Shown here one piece after another: positions 62,147 through 64,000 of a DNA stretch of 64,000 nt. Source of the DNA: Eledone cirrhosa. Taxonomy: Eukaryota. How positions within the stretch are numbered: position 1 is the stretch's first letter; each line of letters opens with the position of its first letter. The notes below the pieces were generated by a model, which did no database searches, had not been told where the DNA came from, and was given only the letters and a program-made list of their open reading frames with translations. The stretch lies in contig OZ024744.1 in the NCBI GenBank assembly GCA_964016885.1, positions 79,670,001 through 79,734,000 of the forward strand, given 5' to 3'. The translations under genes and the position numbers were made by a program.

Positions 62147-64000
62147 TTAACGCCACGTATATGTAGATAAACGAAAAGCTTCGAAAAATTCATTAATATC
62201 AATCTGTCCATCATTATTAAAGTCCATAGTTCTGCCTAGATTTTCAATATCATTTGCTTGAAAATCTCCAATCTTGGTGTGTCTTAGAAGCATCTTCATT
62301 CCATCCTTGAATTCATTCATGGTAATAGTTCCAGAGTTATCGACATCGAATGTTCGAAATATAGTTTCCAATATCTCTCTGTTATCATATAGGTACATTT
62401 TAGTCAGTGCGGATGAGTTTTCCAGATCCATCATCTTGAAAGTGTTTTCGTAATTCACCATGTTGTTACTGTCCACATCACAGATCCTGCGAATGATCAA
62501 ACGCCATGGCAACTTCACTTTCAACACTTTAGACAAACATTGGCAGAATTCTTCCGTAGTGATTTCCCCCGTTTTACCCGTGTCGAACTCAGCGATAGCT
62601 TCCTTAAAATCTGGTAGTTTCATTCGAATCATCTCCTTTATTTTATTGAATGCAGTAGTTTCCAAAGAGATTATTTGGGTCTTTTATGTTCAATTTTTCT
62701 AATGCAATCTCATTAGTGATATACTCAACGATGCTTAAATTAGTTACGTCGCCAGTATAGACGATGTAAGCACCTTTGTTGCTTCCTCGTTCGTAATAGT
62801 TGGATGCAGAGAAGACGGTTAGCACCTGATTGTTATGTGTGTACTCGAAGCCATTCGGCTTACATTCGTGTGATCTTATCAGAAGTAGAAGATTGTTTTT
62901 CTGCAAAAAACGTCCGGTTACGTCTGGTCCAAAATATTTTCCACTACCCCTATATAGATTATCGACGCAGCCAAAGTTTTTTCATTGGGTCACTCCAAAG
63001 AATATCAAGGAAATGTTCCCAGTTTTCCTTGTCATACGTCTCAACATCTGGCCCCTGGCCGTATCACTGATAGAAATTTGTCTCTTGGAATGTTATTGAT
63101 TTTATCTAAATCTAATACGTTCGATATTCCTCCATGTACAACCAATATTTTATGATCGATCAACGAGCCTAATGGCAGTAATTTAAATAACATATTGAAC
63201 ATCACAAGGAGGTTTTTTGAGAAATTTCTATATCGCTGAGTAACTTCTTTTATAAAACCATACCTTCTATTTAAAACAGGATCTTCATGGTTGCCTCTGT
63301 TTAAAAATACGTGATTAGGAAACACTAAAATACAGTAAAATATAATCATGCACACTTCCATGGACTTGTGTCCTCTGTCGACGATGTCACCGTTGAAAAC
63401 ATAAGGATTAGTTGTTGAAGGAAGATTATTTTTGTGAAATATTGTGAGGAGGTCATCCAAACTGCCATGTAAGTCTCCAATAATAGTCACCTTCTTCGTT
63501 ACTGACGTGGTCACATTATACAGATTCTTTCGAGTTTTTCATTTTCAAAATCATATCCTTCAGTATCTTCGAAACATAAGCAGCATGAATTAATTTTCNN
63601 NNNNNNNNNNNNNNNNNNNNNNNNNNNNNNNNNNNNNNNNNNNNNNNNNNNNNNNNNNNNNNNNNNNNNNNNNNNNNNNNNNNNNNNNNNNNNNNNNNNN
63701 NNNNNNNNNNNNNNNNNNNNNNNNNNNNNNNNNNNNNNNNNNNNNNNNNNNNNNNNNNNNNNNNNNNNNNNNNNNNNNNNNNNNNNNNNNNNNNNNNNGA
63801 AAAAGAGCTTCTTCAGTGGTAGACGAGTATTGAGTGGACAAATTGTAACTCAGATGTTGACTGATTAAATTTATTTATCTTTGTGTCTTGAAATTCTTGA
63901 ATCAATAATTTAAACATCTTACTCAGTCTTAATTGATCTTGTTCGCCGAATATTCAAGCTCTTGAATATATTCCAGGCCACTTCTCTTCGTATTATCAGC
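62147..64000 (-). CDS. PPEF: Ser/Thr protein phosphatase with EF-hands (PPEF/rdgC family), apparently intronless; frameshifted in this assembly; 5' end lies outside the window
   Basis: PPP motifs GDLHG, GDIVDRG, RGNHE, HGG, ILWSDP, RSHE, FSASNYY; EF-hands DVDNSGTITMNE and DFNNDGQIDINE; LIHAAYV helix; beyond the gap a frameshifted RREVAWNIFKS/EY/GEQDQLRL matches the PPEF post-IQ region. Confidence 0.88.
63599..63798. other. Assembly gap (200 N)
   Basis: Run of N inside the PPEF coding region. Confidence 1.

Overview
AT-rich, repeat-dense animal genomic DNA, most likely a coleoid cephalopod such as Octopus (inferred from the huge (AT)n/(CA)n microsatellites, RTE LINEs with (GAT)n tails and abundant tRNA-derived SINEs; not verified by a search). 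Host genes appear only at the edges. At the left is a probable Q/S/T/P-rich terminal coding exon (270-496, +). At the right is an apparently intronless PPEF/rdgC-type Ser/Thr phosphatase with EF-hands (62147 to beyond 64000, -); its four frameshifts left of a 200-N gap all fall in homopolymer runs. The rest is transposon-derived: a young RTE LINE with an intact 950-aa ORF nested in a hAT MITE, a head-to-head RTE pair with both 3' tails pointing outward, older RTE copies, CR1-group LINEs, R4/Dong-like restriction-endonuclease retroelement fragments (two stacked in a TAA microsatellite), an Ingi/Vingi-like fragment, a DD37D (maT) Tc1/mariner, a non-coding LTR element (Trp PBS, PPT, 4-bp TSD), TTAA/piggyBac-like and hAT MITEs, Helitron-like ends, several SINE families and minisatellites. 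The most interesting candidates are a dispersed palindromic element carrying type-I hammerhead-ribozyme cores (3 copies), the tail-out RTE dimer, the intronless PPEF gene, a 13-copy tandem array of a SINE 3' end, and decayed HDV-like ribozyme motifs. Almost all short ORFs in the track are microsatellite or antisense artefacts.
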